64,000 nt of DNA, taken from Ranitomeya imitator (lineage: Eukaryota). A model generated the notes under the pieces. It was not told where the DNA came from, did not search any database, and worked only from the letters and a program-made list of their open reading frames with translations. The stretch is from contig NC_091282.1 of the NCBI RefSeq assembly GCF_032444005.1, positions 661,974,001 to 662,038,000 of the forward strand, given 5' to 3'. Positions 37,076 through 51,400 of this stretch are shown here, piece by piece (within the stretch, counting starts at the first letter, position 1; each line of letters begins with the position of its first letter). Both the position numbers and the translations under genes were made by a program.

Positions 37076-37478
37076 GGCTAGGTTCACATTGCGTTTGGGC
37101 GATCCGTTTAACGGATCCGTTACTTAGCTTCATTAACGCTATGTAACGGATCCGTTAACGCGCCCATAGACTTCCATCATTGTAACGCATCCTAACGCAT
37201 GTCAAAACCGGCATGCGTTAGCGATGATGCGTTACTTTGTGATACACCGTCGAACGTGGTCTACCGCGTTTTCGGGTACATTAGGTCTAACACACAGTGA
37301 GCGGACACGTTTGCGGTGCGTAGACCTCTATTGCTAACGCATGCCAATGCAATGGTACCATGTGTTAGTGCATGCGTTAGCACGATTGTTGAAAAAAAAG
37401 AGATTTTGTGCATCAGCATTACACATCTATTTAACAGATCTGTTAAACGATTGGCACTAATGCGATGTGAATCCAGCC
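37076..37478. mobile_element. Harbinger-like MITE (older copy)
   Basis: GGCTAGGTTCACATTGCG...GCGATGTGAATCCAGCC; TTA/TTG flanks. Confidence 0.7.
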
Positions 37479-37549
37479 TTGAAGAGACAGCGTTCCCATG
37501 TCTACCTCCATGTACAGATGAGTAAGTCGATCTACCACATCTTCTACAT

Positions 37550-40130
37550 AGAGGGCAGTATTATAGAAGTTATATTCTTGTATATATGAGCAGTATTATA
37601 GTAGTTATATTCTTGGACACAGGGGCAGTATTATAATAGTTATATTCTTGTACATATGAGCAGTATTATAGTAGTTATATTCTTGTGCATAGGGGGCAGT
37701 ATTATAGTAGTTATATTCTTGTACATATGAGCAGTATTATAGTAGTTATATTCTTGGACACAGGAGCAGTATTATAGTAGTTATATTCTTAGACATAGGA
37801 GCAGTATTATAGTAGTTATATTCTTGTACATAAGGGGCAGTATTATAGTAGTTATATTCTTGTACATAAGGGCAGTATTATACTAGATATATTCTTGAAC
37901 ATAGGAGCAGTATTATAGTAGTTATATTCTTGTACATATGGGGCAGTATTATAGGAGTAGTATTATAGTAGTTATATTCTTGTACATATGAGCAGTATTA
38001 TAGAAGTTGTATTCTTGTACATAGGGGCAGTATTATAGTAGTTATACTCTTGTACATAAGGGGCAGTATTATAGTAGTTATATTCTTGTACATAAGGGGC
38101 AGTATTATACTAGATATATTCTTAAACATAGCAGTATTATAGTAGTTATATTCTTGTACATATGGAGCAGTATTATAGTAGTTATATTCTTGTACATAGG
38201 GGGCAGTATTATAGTAGTTATATTCTTGTACATAGGGGCAGTATTATACTAGATATATTCTTGAACATAGGAGCAGTATTATAGTAACGCAAAAGAGGGG
38301 AGAAGCCAGCGCAGCCTAAGGTTAAGACGCAATACATAAAATGCAAATGCACATATTAATTTCTAACTGTATTTTCAAAATGAGACATTTAGCAAACAAT
38401 TGATCAATTCTTTGAGCCACCCCGCCTCTTCACGGCAATCTCATATTGGGGCAGTCGTACACTACGTTTTTTATATTCGCTGTGCCATAAAGTCCTCCTA
38501 AGTGAACTAAAAGCAAGACCACATTAAAAGCATGCTGTACCTGGAGCATTACTGAGTCACCCCCATGGCGCCAGAGTAGGCAAGCGAGGATAAAGGTTGA
38601 CCAGGTCCAGACAGACATTTCAGATCCAACCTCCACACTGCCCATCCAGAACCACAGATAAAGAGTGAGACAGGCTGAGACACAGGTGCATAATTAAACA
38701 AAGCCGGAGGCAGGGCAGGGCTGCTGTGTGTGTGTACAGCAGCCTATCAATCACTGAGACACAGAAAGAATGGCGCACATAACCCGGCGCGGCGCACGGC
38801 AACAGTGGTGGTCAGCCACTTACCAATAACAGAGCAAAAAAGGGGAGAAGCCAGCGCAGCCTAAGGTTAAGACGCAATACATAAAATGCAAATGCACATA
38901 TTAATTTCTAACTGTATTTTCAAAATGAGACATTTAGCAAACAATTGATCAATTCTTTGAGCCACCCCGCCTCTTCACGGCATTCTCATATTGGGGCAGT
39001 CCTACACTACGTTTTTTATATTCGCTGTGCCATAAAGGCCTCCTAAATGAACTAAAAGCAAGACCACATTAAATGCAAGCTTAGTATTATAGTAGTTATA
39101 TTCTTGTACATAGGAGCAGTAGTATAGTAATTATGTTCTTGTACACGGGGGAAGTATTATAGTAGTTATCCAAAATAGAGAAAAAAGCAGCAACACGCCA
39201 TTTACCGTGTCATAAAAATCTAAGTCCTTTATTTAAGAAAGCTTTTCATGGACAAGGTTTTTGATGGCAGGACGAATACAGGTATGCAGGCAAAAGAACA
39301 GGACTATGGCCGTTTCGCGTTTAACGTGTCCAGATGGTATATTCTTGTACATAGGAGCAGTATTATAGTAGTTATATTCTTGTGCATAGGAGCAGTATTA
39401 TAGTAATTATATTCTTGTGCATAGGAGCAGTATTATAGTAGTTATATTCTTGTGCATAGGAGCAGTATTATAGTAGTTATATTCTTGTGCATAGGGGGCA
39501 GTATTATAGTAGTTATATTCTTGTACATAGGAGCAGTATTATAGTAGTTATATTCTTGTGCATAGGAGCAGTATTATAGTAGTTATATTCTTGTGCATAG
39601 GAGCAGTATTATAGTAGTTATATTCTTGTGCATAGGGGGCAGTATTATAGTAGTTATATTCTTGTACATAGGAGCAGTATTATAGTAGTTATATTCTTGT
39701 GCATAGGAGCAGTATTATAGTAGTTATATTCTTGTGCATAGGGGGCAGTATTATAGTAGTTATATTCTTGTACATAGGAGCAGTATTATAGTAGTTATAT
39801 TCTTGTGCATAGGGGGCAGTATTATAGTAGTTATATTCTTGTACATAGGGGCAGTATTATAGTAGTTATATTCTTGTGCATAGGGGGCAGTATTATAGTA
39901 GTTATATTCTTGTACATAGGGGCAGTATTATAGTAGTTATATTCTTGTACATAGGAGCAGTATTATAGTAGTTATATTCTTGTACATAGGGGACAGTATT
40001 ATAGTAGTTATATTCTTGTGCATAGGGGGCAGTATTATAGTAGTTATATTCTTGTACATAGGGGCAGTATTATAGTAATTATATTCCTGAACATAGGGGG
40101 CAGTGTTATAATAGTTATATTCTTGTACGT
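37550..40130. repeat. ~32-bp AT-rich satellite interrupted by two insertions
   Basis: gcagtattatagtagttatattcttgtacataggg repeats; non-satellite inserts at ~38286-39080 and ~39170-39338. Confidence 0.95.
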
Positions 40131-42879
40131 ATGACCGGTATTGTTTTTATATATATAATGATTCACTGACACAGTGTATGAAGGGAGATAGGTGTCACTG
40201 CATATACTACAGTCAGTGATGTAGAACCAGATCATTTTTGCCTCCAGCATGCTAAGTACTGAGAGGGTTAATTTTAAAGTTACAATGGGCTGGTTTTATG
40301 TGAGCATGCATAGAGTGGGAGGGAGGGTGCTCACCGTATTCCCTCTTGCGGCATGTGTACTAGCAGGACCTGCAGTGATGTCACGATCATGTGATCATCA
40401 CATGGTCCTGGTTAGATACCTGGACATGAGGGACAGTCTGTGTGGTGTGTTGTGAGAGGGAACACTCTTACTTGGCTCCAGGAGGAGCGGAGGACATTGC
40501 CAGGTGTCTGCAGGTGGAACCTGCAGAGAAAGGACCCTGTGGCACTTTGTTTGTTTTGTTTTCTGTTAAGCCAGGAAGGTTCTGCTTCTGTTTTCCTGAA
40601 CCCTGCCTTGGTCTATGCTGACTTTAACCCCTTAGTGACCACCAATACGTCTTTTTACTGACCGGTCATATAAGAAAGTAGCATTCCCCAACGGGTGACG
40701 ATCTTATATCTCTCAGCTGTACACTATAGCTGACAACTTGCTGCATCATGCATTATCAGTGTTGGTACCGACAATAGTCGCTTCATCCCTTAAATGCTGC
40801 TGTCAATCACTACAACATCTAGATGGTTAACAGTGTGGGGGCTCCCTCTTTAACCCCTTAGTGACAGAGATAATTTGGTACTTAATGACCGAGCCAATTT
40901 TTATAATTCTGACCACTGTCACTTTATGAGGTTATAACTCTGGAACGCTTCAACGGATCCCGCTGATTCTGAGATTGTTTTTTCGTAACATATTGTACTT
41001 CATGTTAGTGGTAACATTTCTTCGATATTACTTGCGATTATTTATGAAAAAAACGGAAATATGGCGAAAATTTTTAAAATTTTGCATTTTTCAAACTTTG
41101 TATTTTTATGCCCTTAAATCAGAGAGATGTGTCACGAAAAATAGTTAATAAATAACATTTCCCACATTTCTGCTTTACATCAGCACAATTTTGGAAACAA
41201 CATTTTTTTTGTCAGGGAGTTAGAAGGGTTAAAAGTTGACCAGCAATTTCTCATTTTTACAACACCTTTTTTTTTTAGGGACCACATCACATTTGAAGTC
41301 ATTTTGAGGGGTCTATATGATAGAAAATAACGAAGTGTGACACCATTCTAAAAACTGCACCCCTCAAGGTTCTCAAAACCACATTCAAGAAGTTTATTAA
41401 CCCTTTACGTGCTTCACAGGAACTGAAACAATGTGGAAGGAAAAAATTAACATTTAACTTTTTTTTGCAAACATTTTAATTCAGAACCATTTTTTTTATT
41501 TTCACAAGTGTAAAAACAGAAATGTAACCATAAATTTTGTTATGCAATTTCTCCTGAATACGCCAATACCCCATATGTGGGGGTAAACCACTGTTTGGGC
41601 GCACCGCAGAACTTGGAAGTGAAGGAGCGCCGTTTCAATGCAGAATTGGCTGGAATTGAGATCGGACGCCATGTCACGTTTAGAGAGCCCCTGATGTGCC
41701 TAAACAGTAGAAACCCCCCACAAGTGACCCCATTTTGTAAACTAGGCCCCTTAAGGAACTTATCTAGATGTGTGGTGAGCACTTTTAACCCCCAAGAGCT
41801 TCACAGAAGTTTATAACGTAGAGCCGTGAAAATAAAAAATCGTATTTGTTTACACAAAAATGATCTTTTCACCCACAAATTCTTATTTTTACAAGGGTAA
41901 CAGGAGAAATTAGACCACAAAAGTTGTTGTGCGATTTCTCCTGAATACGTCGATACCCCATATGTGAGGGTACACCTCTGTTTGGGCGCACCGCAGAGCT
42001 TGGAAGTGAAGGAGCGCCGTTTTACTTTTTCAATGTAGAATTGGCAGGAATTGAGATCGGACGCCATGTCGCCTTTGGAGAGCCCCTGATGTGCCTAAAC
42101 AGTGGAAACCCCCCACAAGTGACCCTATTTTGGAAACTAGACCCCCCATGGAACTTATCTAGATGTGTGGTGAGGACTTTGAATGCCCAAGTGCTTCACA
42201 GAAGTTTATAATGCAGAGTCGTGAAAATAAAAAAAGATTTTTTTTTCCACAAAAAAGATTTTTTTAGCCCCCAAGTTTTTATTTTCACAAGGGTAACAAG
42301 AGAAATCAGACCCCAAAAGTTGTTGTCCAATTTGTCCTGAGTATGCTGGTACCCCATATGTGGGGATAACCACTGTTTAGGCGCACGGCAGAGCTCGGAA
42401 GGAAGGAGCGCCGTTTTGGAATGCAGACTTTGATAGAATGGTCTGCGGGCGTTATGTTGCGTTTGCCGAGCCCCTGATGTACCTAAACAGTAGAAACCCT
42501 CCACAAGTGACCCCATTTTGGAAACTAGACCCCCCAAGGAACTTATCTAGATGTGTGGTGAGAACTTTGAATGCCCAAGTGCTTCACCAAAGTTTAGAAT
42601 GCAGAGTCGTGAAAATAAAATCATTTTTTTTCCACAAAAAAGATTTTGTGGCCCCCAAGTTTTTATTTTCACAAGGGTAACAGGAGAAATTGGACCACTA
42701 AAGTTGTTGTCCAATTTATCCCGAGTACGCTGATGCCCCATATGTGGGGGTAAACCACTGTTTGGGCGCACGGCAGAGCTCAGAAGGGAGGGAGCACCAT
42801 TTGACTTTTTGAGCGCAAAATTGGCTGTCCTGTTTGGAGACCCCCTGATGTACCTAAACAGTGGAAACCCCCCAATTCT

Positions 42880-43830
42880 AGCTCCAACCCTAACCCCAAC
42901 ACACCCCTAACCCTAATCCCAACCCGATCCATAATCCTAATCACTAACCCTAACGATAATCACAACCCTTACCCCAAAACAACCCTAATGTCAACCCTAA
43001 CCATAACCCTAATCAAAACCCTAAATCCAACACACCCCTAATCCTAATCTCAACCCTAACCTCAAACCTAACCCTAATCCCAATACACCCCTAATCACAA
43101 CCCTAACCTTAACCCTAATCCCAAACCTAACCCTAATCCCAAGCGTAACCCTAATGCCAACCCTAATCCTAATACCAACCCTAATCGAAACCCTAACCCT
43201 AATCCCAACTCTAACCCTAACTTTAGCCCTAACTTTAGCCCCAACCCTAACCCTAAGGCTACTTTCACACTTGCATCGTTTGGCATCCGTCGCAATCCGT
43301 CGTTTTGGACAAGAAACGGATCCTGCAAATGTGCCCGCAGGATGCGTTTTTTGCCCATAGACTTGTATTGCCGACGGATCGTGACGGATGGCCACACGTC
43401 GCGTCCGTCGTGCACTGGATCAGTTGTGTTTTGGTGGACCGTCGGCACAAAAAAACATTCAATGAAACGTTTTTTTTGTACGTCGCATCCGCAAATTTCT
43501 GACCGCGCATGCGTGGCCGTAACTCCGCCCCCTCCTCCCCAGGCCATAGATTGGGCAGGGGTTGCGTGAAAAACTACATCCGCTGCCCACGTTGTGCACA
43601 ATTTTCACAACGTGCGTCGGTATGTCGGGCCGATGCATTGCGACGGCCCTGTACCGACGTAAGTGTGAAAGAAGCCTAACCCTAAATTTAGCCCCAACCC
43701 TAACCCTAAATTTAGCCCCAACCCTAACCCTAAATTTAGCCCCAACCCTAACCCTAAATTTAGCCCCAACCCTAACCCTGAATTTAGCCCCAACCCTAAA
43801 TTTAGCCCGAACCCTAACCCTAACCCTAGC
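42880..43830. repeat. Interstitial telomere-like array (degenerate CCCTAA, with a 24-bp ccctaaccctaaatttagccccaa variant)
   Basis: Directly visible; split by a MITE at 43257-43676. Confidence 0.9.
43257..43676. mobile_element. Harbinger-like MITE inserted into the telomere-like array
   Basis: GGCTACTTTCACACTTGC...GTAAGTGTGAAAGAAGCC with TAA duplication. Confidence 0.85.
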
Positions 43831-45105
43831 CCTAATTTTAGCCCCAAGTGCTCTTCTCCTGCCGGCCGGCAGATGGCGATAGATGGCAGGTGCACTGCGC
43901 ATGCGCCCGCCATTTTCTTTTCCCCGGCGGCCAGGAGGAGCAGCAGGAGGACCCAGGGACACCGGTGAGTATGATAGGGTCCCCGAATCCCCCTATTTCT
44001 CTGTCCTCTGATGTGCGATCACATCAGAGGACAGAGAATTACACTTTGCTTTTTTTTTTTTTGCGGTCACCGGTAAACAGTTAATTACCGGCAATCGCAA
44101 AACAGGGGTCGGTAAAACCGACCCCGATCATGTTCTTTGGGGTCTCGGCTACCCCCGGCAGCCAAGACCCCAAAGATTCTCCCGGCCGGCGGGCGGGCGC
44201 ACTGCGCATGCGCCCGCCATTTTGAAGATGGCGGCGCCCATCGGGAGCCACGAGGAGCACCGGGGGAGACAGGTAAGTATTGGGGGGCTTCCTGGGACCC
44301 CATTTCTCTGTCCTCTGATGTGCGATCACATCGGAGGACAGAGAAATTAAAAATAAATCGCGGGTTTTTTTTTGCGATCGCCGGTAAACGGTTAATTACC
44401 GGCGATCACAAATGCGGGGTCGGTAAAAAAAAAACCCGAATCATGTTCTCTGGGGTCTCGGCTACCCCCGGCAGCCGAGACCCCGGAGAAAATCCGACTC
44501 TGGGGGGCGCTATTTACTTTTTCCACAGCGCCTTTAATTAACGGCGCTGTGGTTTAAGTACCCTTAGCGGCCGCCGTTAAAAGGCATATCGGCGGTCGTT
44601 AAGGGGTTAAACCCATCAGCATCCTGGGATCTTGATCGTGTGGTCCAAATGTCTGCGATGGAAATTCATGGCCAAATAGCGGCCTTAAAGTCTCGCGACT
44701 ACAGCAGTCTGTTCAGAAGTTATCAACATTTTGGTGGTAAAAATAAACTATTTCATTCCTGTTATGCCACTTTGCATTAATTCCTTAAAAACACCTGAAA
44801 GGTTAATAAACTACCTGAAAGCAATTTTGAATATGTTGAGGGGCACAGATTTTAAATTGGTATCACTTTTGGAGGTTTCCAACATATAAGATCCCCAAAG
44901 TCACTTCAAAACTTAAAAGGTCCTTAATTTACAAGTTTTGTAAATTTCCTTGAAAACACGAAAAATTACTTCTACATTTTTAAACATACTAAAATTCTAA
45001 CAAAATAAAACAACATTTTCCAAATGGCACTGATGAAAGCAGACATGAGGGAAATATTATTTATTAATGTTTTTTGTGTTTCATGACTAACTGGACTATT
45101 ATATT

Positions 45106-46318
45106 ACTAGATGGTGGCCCGATTCTAACGTATCGGCTATTCTAGAATATGTAGGTAGTATACAGCACAGGCTATGTACTATATTGCACAGTGACGTAGT
45201 ATATAACACAACCGACGTAGTATCTAACATAGCTACGTAGTATGTAACACAGCGTACGTAGTATATAACATAGCCACGTAGTGTATTGCACAGGTATGTA
45301 GTATATTGGTCAGCCACATAGTATATAACATAGCCACGTAGTATATTGTAGAGGTACGTAGTATATTGCATAGCTACGTAGTATATTGCATAGCCACGTA
45401 GTATATAAAGTGTATTGCACAGGTATGTAGTATATTGGTCAGCCACATAGTATATAACAGAGCCACGTAGTATATTGCACAGTCGACGTAGTATATAACA
45501 GAATTGATACAGCCACATAGTATATTGCACAGCTACGTAGTATATAACACAGAGCACGTAGTATATTGCACAGCCACGTAGTATATTGGACAGTCACGTT
45601 GTATATTGCACAGTCACGTTGTATATTGCCCAGCTACATAGTGTATAGCACAGAGATGTAGTATGTAACAGAGCCCACGCAGTATGTAACACAGCCAACG
45701 TAGTATATAGCAATGTGGGCACTATATGCATGGTTAAAAAAGACAAAATAAAAAAATAAACATATACTCACCTTCCGAAGTCCTGGCGCCTGTGTGCGGT
45801 GCACGCGGCAGTTTCCGGTCCCAGAGTTGGCATGAGCGCAGGACCTGTGATGACGTCGCGGTCACATGACCGTGACATCATGGCAGGTCCTTCTCGCATA
45901 GCATCCTTGGCATCGGAACCTGCCGCTTGCACTGCCGAGGACAGCAGGCGACGTCGGAGGGTGAGAAATTATTTGTAACATTAGATCGTTTTACTATTGA
46001 TGCTGCATACGCAGCATCAATAGTAAAAAGTTGGTCACACAGGGTTAATAGCTGCGGTAACAGAGTGCGTAACACCGCGGTCCATTACCACTGGCATTAA
46101 CCCTGTGTGAGCGCTCAGTGCTGACTGCAGGGCAGTAAATCAGCGGCCATTTCGCTGCCAGACTGTGGCCGTCGCTGAATGGTCATGGCAATAGTCGTGG
46201 GCGTTTTGCCACGACCAATCAGTGACTTGGATTTCCATGACAGAGGCTGCGACCAATGAATATCCGTGACAGACAGAAAGACAGACGGAAATGACCCTTA
46301 GACAATTATATAGTAGAT
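45106..46318 (+). mobile_element. Non-autonomous element with internal ~22-bp tandem array, possibly Helentron/HINE-like
   Basis: Starts ACTAGATGG, has a gtagtatattgcacagccac array at ~45180-45710, ends gacccttagacaattatatagtagat. No TIR seen; family assignment is inference. Confidence 0.5.
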
Positions 46319-48425
46319 ACCACAAGTTGCAAATTTTTTGCCAGTTTTGTAAAATTTCTGATATTTTTATAAATAAACGCAGAAAATAATGACAAATTTA
46401 CCATTATCATAAAGTACAATATGTCAGGAAAAAAGTGTCAAAATCAATGGGATATGTTTAACCCCTTTACCCTCGAAGTGGTTTGCACGTTAATGACCGG
46501 GCCAATTTTTACAATTCTGACCACTGTCCCTTTATGAGGTTATAACTCTGGAACGCTTCAATGGATCCCAGTGATTCTGACATTGTTTTCTCGTGACATA
46601 TTGTAGTTCATGATAGCGGTAAAATTTCTTTGATATGACTTGCGTTTATTTGTGAACAAAAATGGAAATTTGGCGAAAATGTGGAAAATTTCGCAATTTT
46701 CCAACTTTGAATTTTCATGCTCCTAAATCATAGAGATGTGTCACACAAATCCTTTATAAATAACATTTCCCACATGTTTCCTTTACATCAGCACAATTTT
46801 GAAACCAAAATGTTTTTTTGTTAGGAAGTTATAAGGGTTAAAAGTTGACCAGCAATTTCTCATTTTTACAACACCACTTTTTTTTAGGGACCACATCACA
46901 TTTGAAGTCACTTTGAGGGGTCTATATGATAGAAAATAACCAAGTGTGACACCATTCTAAATACTGCACCCCTCAAGGTGCTCAAAACCACATTCAAGAA
47001 GTATATTAACCTTAAGGTGCTTCACAGGAATTTTTGGAATGTTTAAAAAAAAGAATGTAACGCCCAAGAGACCGGGGTACCCAGCACCGGACCAATGGGG
47101 TCTGTCTCTTGAGGGGGGTGTCACGGGTGGCTTGACCCGGTGCTGTGGCCTCAGGCAATGCACAGTGTAAAGGGTATCGTGAGGGAACAGGCACTTACTT
47201 GATCAGCAGCAGGTTCTCCCAGCGGTGATGATCCCAATCCTGGATAGATGGCTATTGTCCAAATGAAAGACTGAGGCACTGAAACGTTTAACCAGTTTAC
47301 TTTAACAAAAAAGGATTTACAACCAGTCCTGTCACCGGAGTCTGTAGGGAACTCTGAGTTACTTTTACCCTGCCGGGGTCTTCGCCTCTTATTGTACGCA
47401 ATATCTGTGTGGCCCTGCTGCTGTATGTGAACTGGCTGCCGGCCCAATCTGTCCCCTCCGGGTCCTGGTTCGACGGGCAACCCGAGTCCTTTTATCGGCT
47501 TACCCCCTCCAGGAGTACCGCTGAACTCTGTGTCTGTTGCTGCGTCCGACCCTAGTGAAGCTGATATCACCTCACATTTTTCCGGTTGCTGTATTATATG
47601 TAATGAATACAGCCACGGATCCGGTATCCGTCTTTGCGCCTGTTCTGGGTAGTGATTAATGCTACCCAGTTCTCACAATGTCCTTTTTCTCTATCCCTCT
47701 TCTCCTCAGGCCGGTGATTTAGGCCTGGTAACAGTCACAGGGCTGTTAGAGATTCAACTGTATGACCTCTCACTTTCAGCTCCTTAGCCCAACTGCCAGT
47801 TCTTCTCTCAGACCAGAATGGATCAAGGGGAGTCTCTGGAGCTCCCCCTTCTGGCCGGAGGTGGTAGTGCAGTCTTGCTATTTTAGTATTTGCATTTACT
47901 GTCAGTAACTATTTTTGTGGCAAATACCCCTAGGGGTGCCACATTCCCCCTTAGTTAAGAACAGTACTCCGGGACTGTGGGACAATAACATTTTGAAATA
48001 ACAATTAATATGTACAGAGTCTTAAAAATGAAAAGTTACAAAAACCACTCAAGGAAACAAAAATATAGTTCTGTAAAAAGTCACTTCAAATAGCGTCCAT
48101 TAATACAGTTCTATCCTTGAAGGTATTAGGAAAGGCACTGTACTTAGTGTCCAGGAATTTAGTTCCATTTTTCCAACGGAGTTATCAATATAAAGTCTAA
48201 AGAAAGTTCAAAAAGAGCAAAAAGCAAAGTTCAAAAAGCAGTCTTTCCGGAGCTTTGATTTAGTGCCTCCGGGCTGATAAAAAGTTCAAGAATATGCAAG
48301 AAGTTCATACAGACAAGTCTCTGTAGGCACTGGGCTTAAACGTTGCAGACTGATAACAATGACTATACTACATTTTCTGTTTAACTATAGACGGCATAAC
48401 ATATATACAATTCACATTATGAGCT

Positions 48426-51400
48426 TTATAGTTGGTAATCTGCATACCTGGCCGGTAATTGACCCTGGGTACTACGCTGTGATCTACGTAATAGCGGTGT
48501 CTCTTCATGTGGTGTACTACTGTCTACTGCGGATGTAGTATCTGCCCGCTCTGCTAAAGATAATTCCACGACTATGGAGTTGGCAAGTCCACCGTGAATG
48601 GGATTACTCTGACCAGGAATCTGTTCTTCCTGGCCTGGAACCTCCTGTAGTACGGGGCCAGCCTCTTCCTGTCTTGGGACTTCTGGTATTGGGTTCGGTG
48701 TTGGGTAAAAGGCCACCATGGGAACCACTACTGCACCATGGTATGTTAGTAGGGTTTTGGGAAAGTCTCCTATACAGCTGTGATACACTTCCTCTTCTTT
48801 TTCCTTTACTGGTTGAACCTGTATGGGTTGAATAACTTCTGGTTCTGGCTGGACAACGTCTGGCTCTTTCAATGCTTCCGGACATAATTTAAGATTGTCT
48901 CTTGACACTAGTACAGATGTTAAGCCTCCGTTTTTGCTAATGAGACACATTTTAGGATTATCCACTCTTGTTGGTAAAACTGTGTAGGGTACGGCTTCCC
49001 ACTGATTGTCCAGTTTATTGGTTCGACGATTTCTCTTGAGCACTTGGTCACCCGGTCTTAATGGGGTCGCTAGAGCATTCTGGTTGAAAGTTCGCTCTTG
49101 TCTTTCTCTAGTTTGCTGAAGGCTTCTTTCCACACTCTCTTGCACTTGGCGATACTGCTTTTGCCGTATCATATCCCAATTGGAGTCTTGGACTTCTGCG
49201 TCTGGTTTCAGAATTCCCATTTCTAGATCGATTGGTAATTGGCCGGGTCTTGCACGCATAAGGTAAGCTGGGGTGCAATTGGTGGAACTCACCGGGACAT
49301 GATTATACAGATCCACCAAGTCAGGCAATTTCTCTGGCCATTGATTCCTTTCTGCCTCAGGTAAAGTCTTTAGTAGTTCTATTACAATATGGTTCATCTT
49401 CTCGCATAAGCCGTTTGTTTGTGGATGATAGGCCGTCGTCCGGATCTTTTTGCAACCATACATATTACAGAATTCTCTGAAGATCTCTGATTCAAAGGCT
49501 GTACCTTGGTCGGTGAGAACCTGTTCCGGATATCCATGGGGTCTACAAAAGTACGTTTGGAATGCTTTGGCTGCTGTTTTTGCTGTCAGATCTTTTACGG
49601 GTACTACTACCAAGAAGCGTGAATAATGGTCCACGATGGTCAAGGCATAGACATAGCCAGACCGGCTTGGTGTCAACTTCACGTGGTCAATGGCTACAAG
49701 TTCAAGTGGTTGAAAAAATGTTGCAGTAATCCGATCATCTGTATATAACCTGTGTGAACCGTTTTTTACATCTTTTACTAGCACTTGCGGATTACTGCAA
49801 CATTTTTTCAAACTGAGTGTTTTTGGTTTTACTATTCTCTTTTGTGTCTTCAGGTTTCTTGGTGGTGTGTGAACATGATCATACAGACTTGTTCACTGTG
49901 CAAGTAGCCCATGTGTTCCTGTTTCCATAATTGTTCTCTTGTGTCTACAAGACTGGGGAGTTCCACCACTCCTCTTGGGCTATCTGCACAAAAGCTGTTC
50001 TACCCTGTATGCACACATGGATTTTTCCTCTCTGAACCCTGTTCACACAGGTTATATACAGATGATCAGGTTTTTAAATACATCAGATAGGGATTGCATA
50101 CATTAGTTAGGACTGCTCTGATAAGGGTATACCGTGAAGATTGGTAGAGCAGCTTAGTATACATTTTTTGCAAAAAACGTATCAACCAAATACCCTGTTT
50201 TTTACATCTTTTACTAGCACTTGCGGATTACTGCAACATTTTTTCAAACTGAGTGTTTTTGGTTTTACTATTCTCTTTTGTGTCTTCAGGTTTCTTGGTG
50301 GTGTGTGAACATGATCATACAGACTTGTTCACTGTGCAAGTAGCCCATGTGTTCCTGTTTCCATAATTGTTCTCTTGTGTCTACAAGACTGGGGAGTTCC
50401 ACCACTCCTCTTGGGCTATCTGCACAAAAGCTGTTCTACCCTGTATGCACACATGGATTTTTCCTCTCTGAACCCTGTTCACACAGGTTATATACAGATG
50501 ATCAGGTTTTTAAATACATCAGATAGGGATTGCATACATTAGTTAGGACTGCTCTGATAAGGGTATACCGTGAAGATTGGTAGAGCAGCTTAGTATACAT
50601 TTTTTGCAAAAAACGTATCAACCAAATACCCTGTTTTTTACATCTTTTACTAGCACTTGCGGATTACTGCAACATTTTTTCAAACTGAGTGTTTTTGGTT
50701 TTACTATTCTCTTTTGTGTCTTCAGGTTTCTTGGTGGTGTGTGAACATGATCATACAGACTTGTTCACTGTGCAAGTAGCCCATGTGTTCCTGTTTCCAT
50801 AATTGTTCTCTTGTGTCTACAAGACTGGGGAGTTCCACCACTCCTCTTGGGCTATCTGCACAAAAGCTGTTCTACCCTGTATGCACACATGGATTTTTCC
50901 TCTCTGAACCCTGTTCACACAGGTTATATACAGATGATCAGGTTTTTAAATACATCAGATAGGGATTGCATACATTAGTTAGGACTGCTCTGATAAGGGT
51001 ATACCGTGAAGATTGGTAGAGCAGCTTAGTATACATTTTTTGCAAAAAACGTATCAACCAAATACCCTGTTTTTTACATCTTTTACTAGCACTTGCGGAT
51101 TACTACAACATTTTTTCAAACTGAGTGTTTTTGGTTTTACTATTCTCTTTTGTGTCTTCAGGTTTCTTGGTGGTGTGTGAACATGATCATACAGACTTGT
51201 TCACTGTGCAAGTAGCCCATGTGTTCCTGTTTCCATAATTGTTCTCTTGTGTCTACAAGACTGGGGAGTTCCACCACTCCTCTTGGGCTATCTGCACAAA
51301 AGCTGTTCTACCCTGTATGCACACATGGATTTTTCCTCTCTGAACCCTGTTCACACAGGTTATATACAGATGATCAGGTTTTTAAATACATCAGATAGGG

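Larger units (their letters stand above)
40854..44606 (-). mobile_element. Non-autonomous piggyBac-like element with ~390-bp internal repeats and an expanded (CCCTAA)n-like array
   Basis: TTAA|CCCCTTAGTGAC ... GTCGTTAAGGGG|TTAA; the left part is the reverse complement of the right part of 11364-14904; units at ~41569, 41956, 42352 and 42737. Confidence 0.8.

Noticed and set aside
42880-43830. True telomere or chromosome-fusion scar
   Set aside because: The repeats are degenerate, single-orientation and embedded at a homologous position in a transposon family.
48426-49811. Stand-alone 461-aa integrase gene
   Set aside because: It starts at TTG inside the inserted array; it is the severed pol C-terminus fused by chance to insert sequence.
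50110-50155. Hammerhead-like fold in the 436-bp unit (CTGATAA-GGTATACC-GTGAAG closed by CTGCT/AGCAG)
   Set aside because: The core deviates from CUGANGA and GAAA at essential positions and stem III is not evident, so it is not called a ribozyme.
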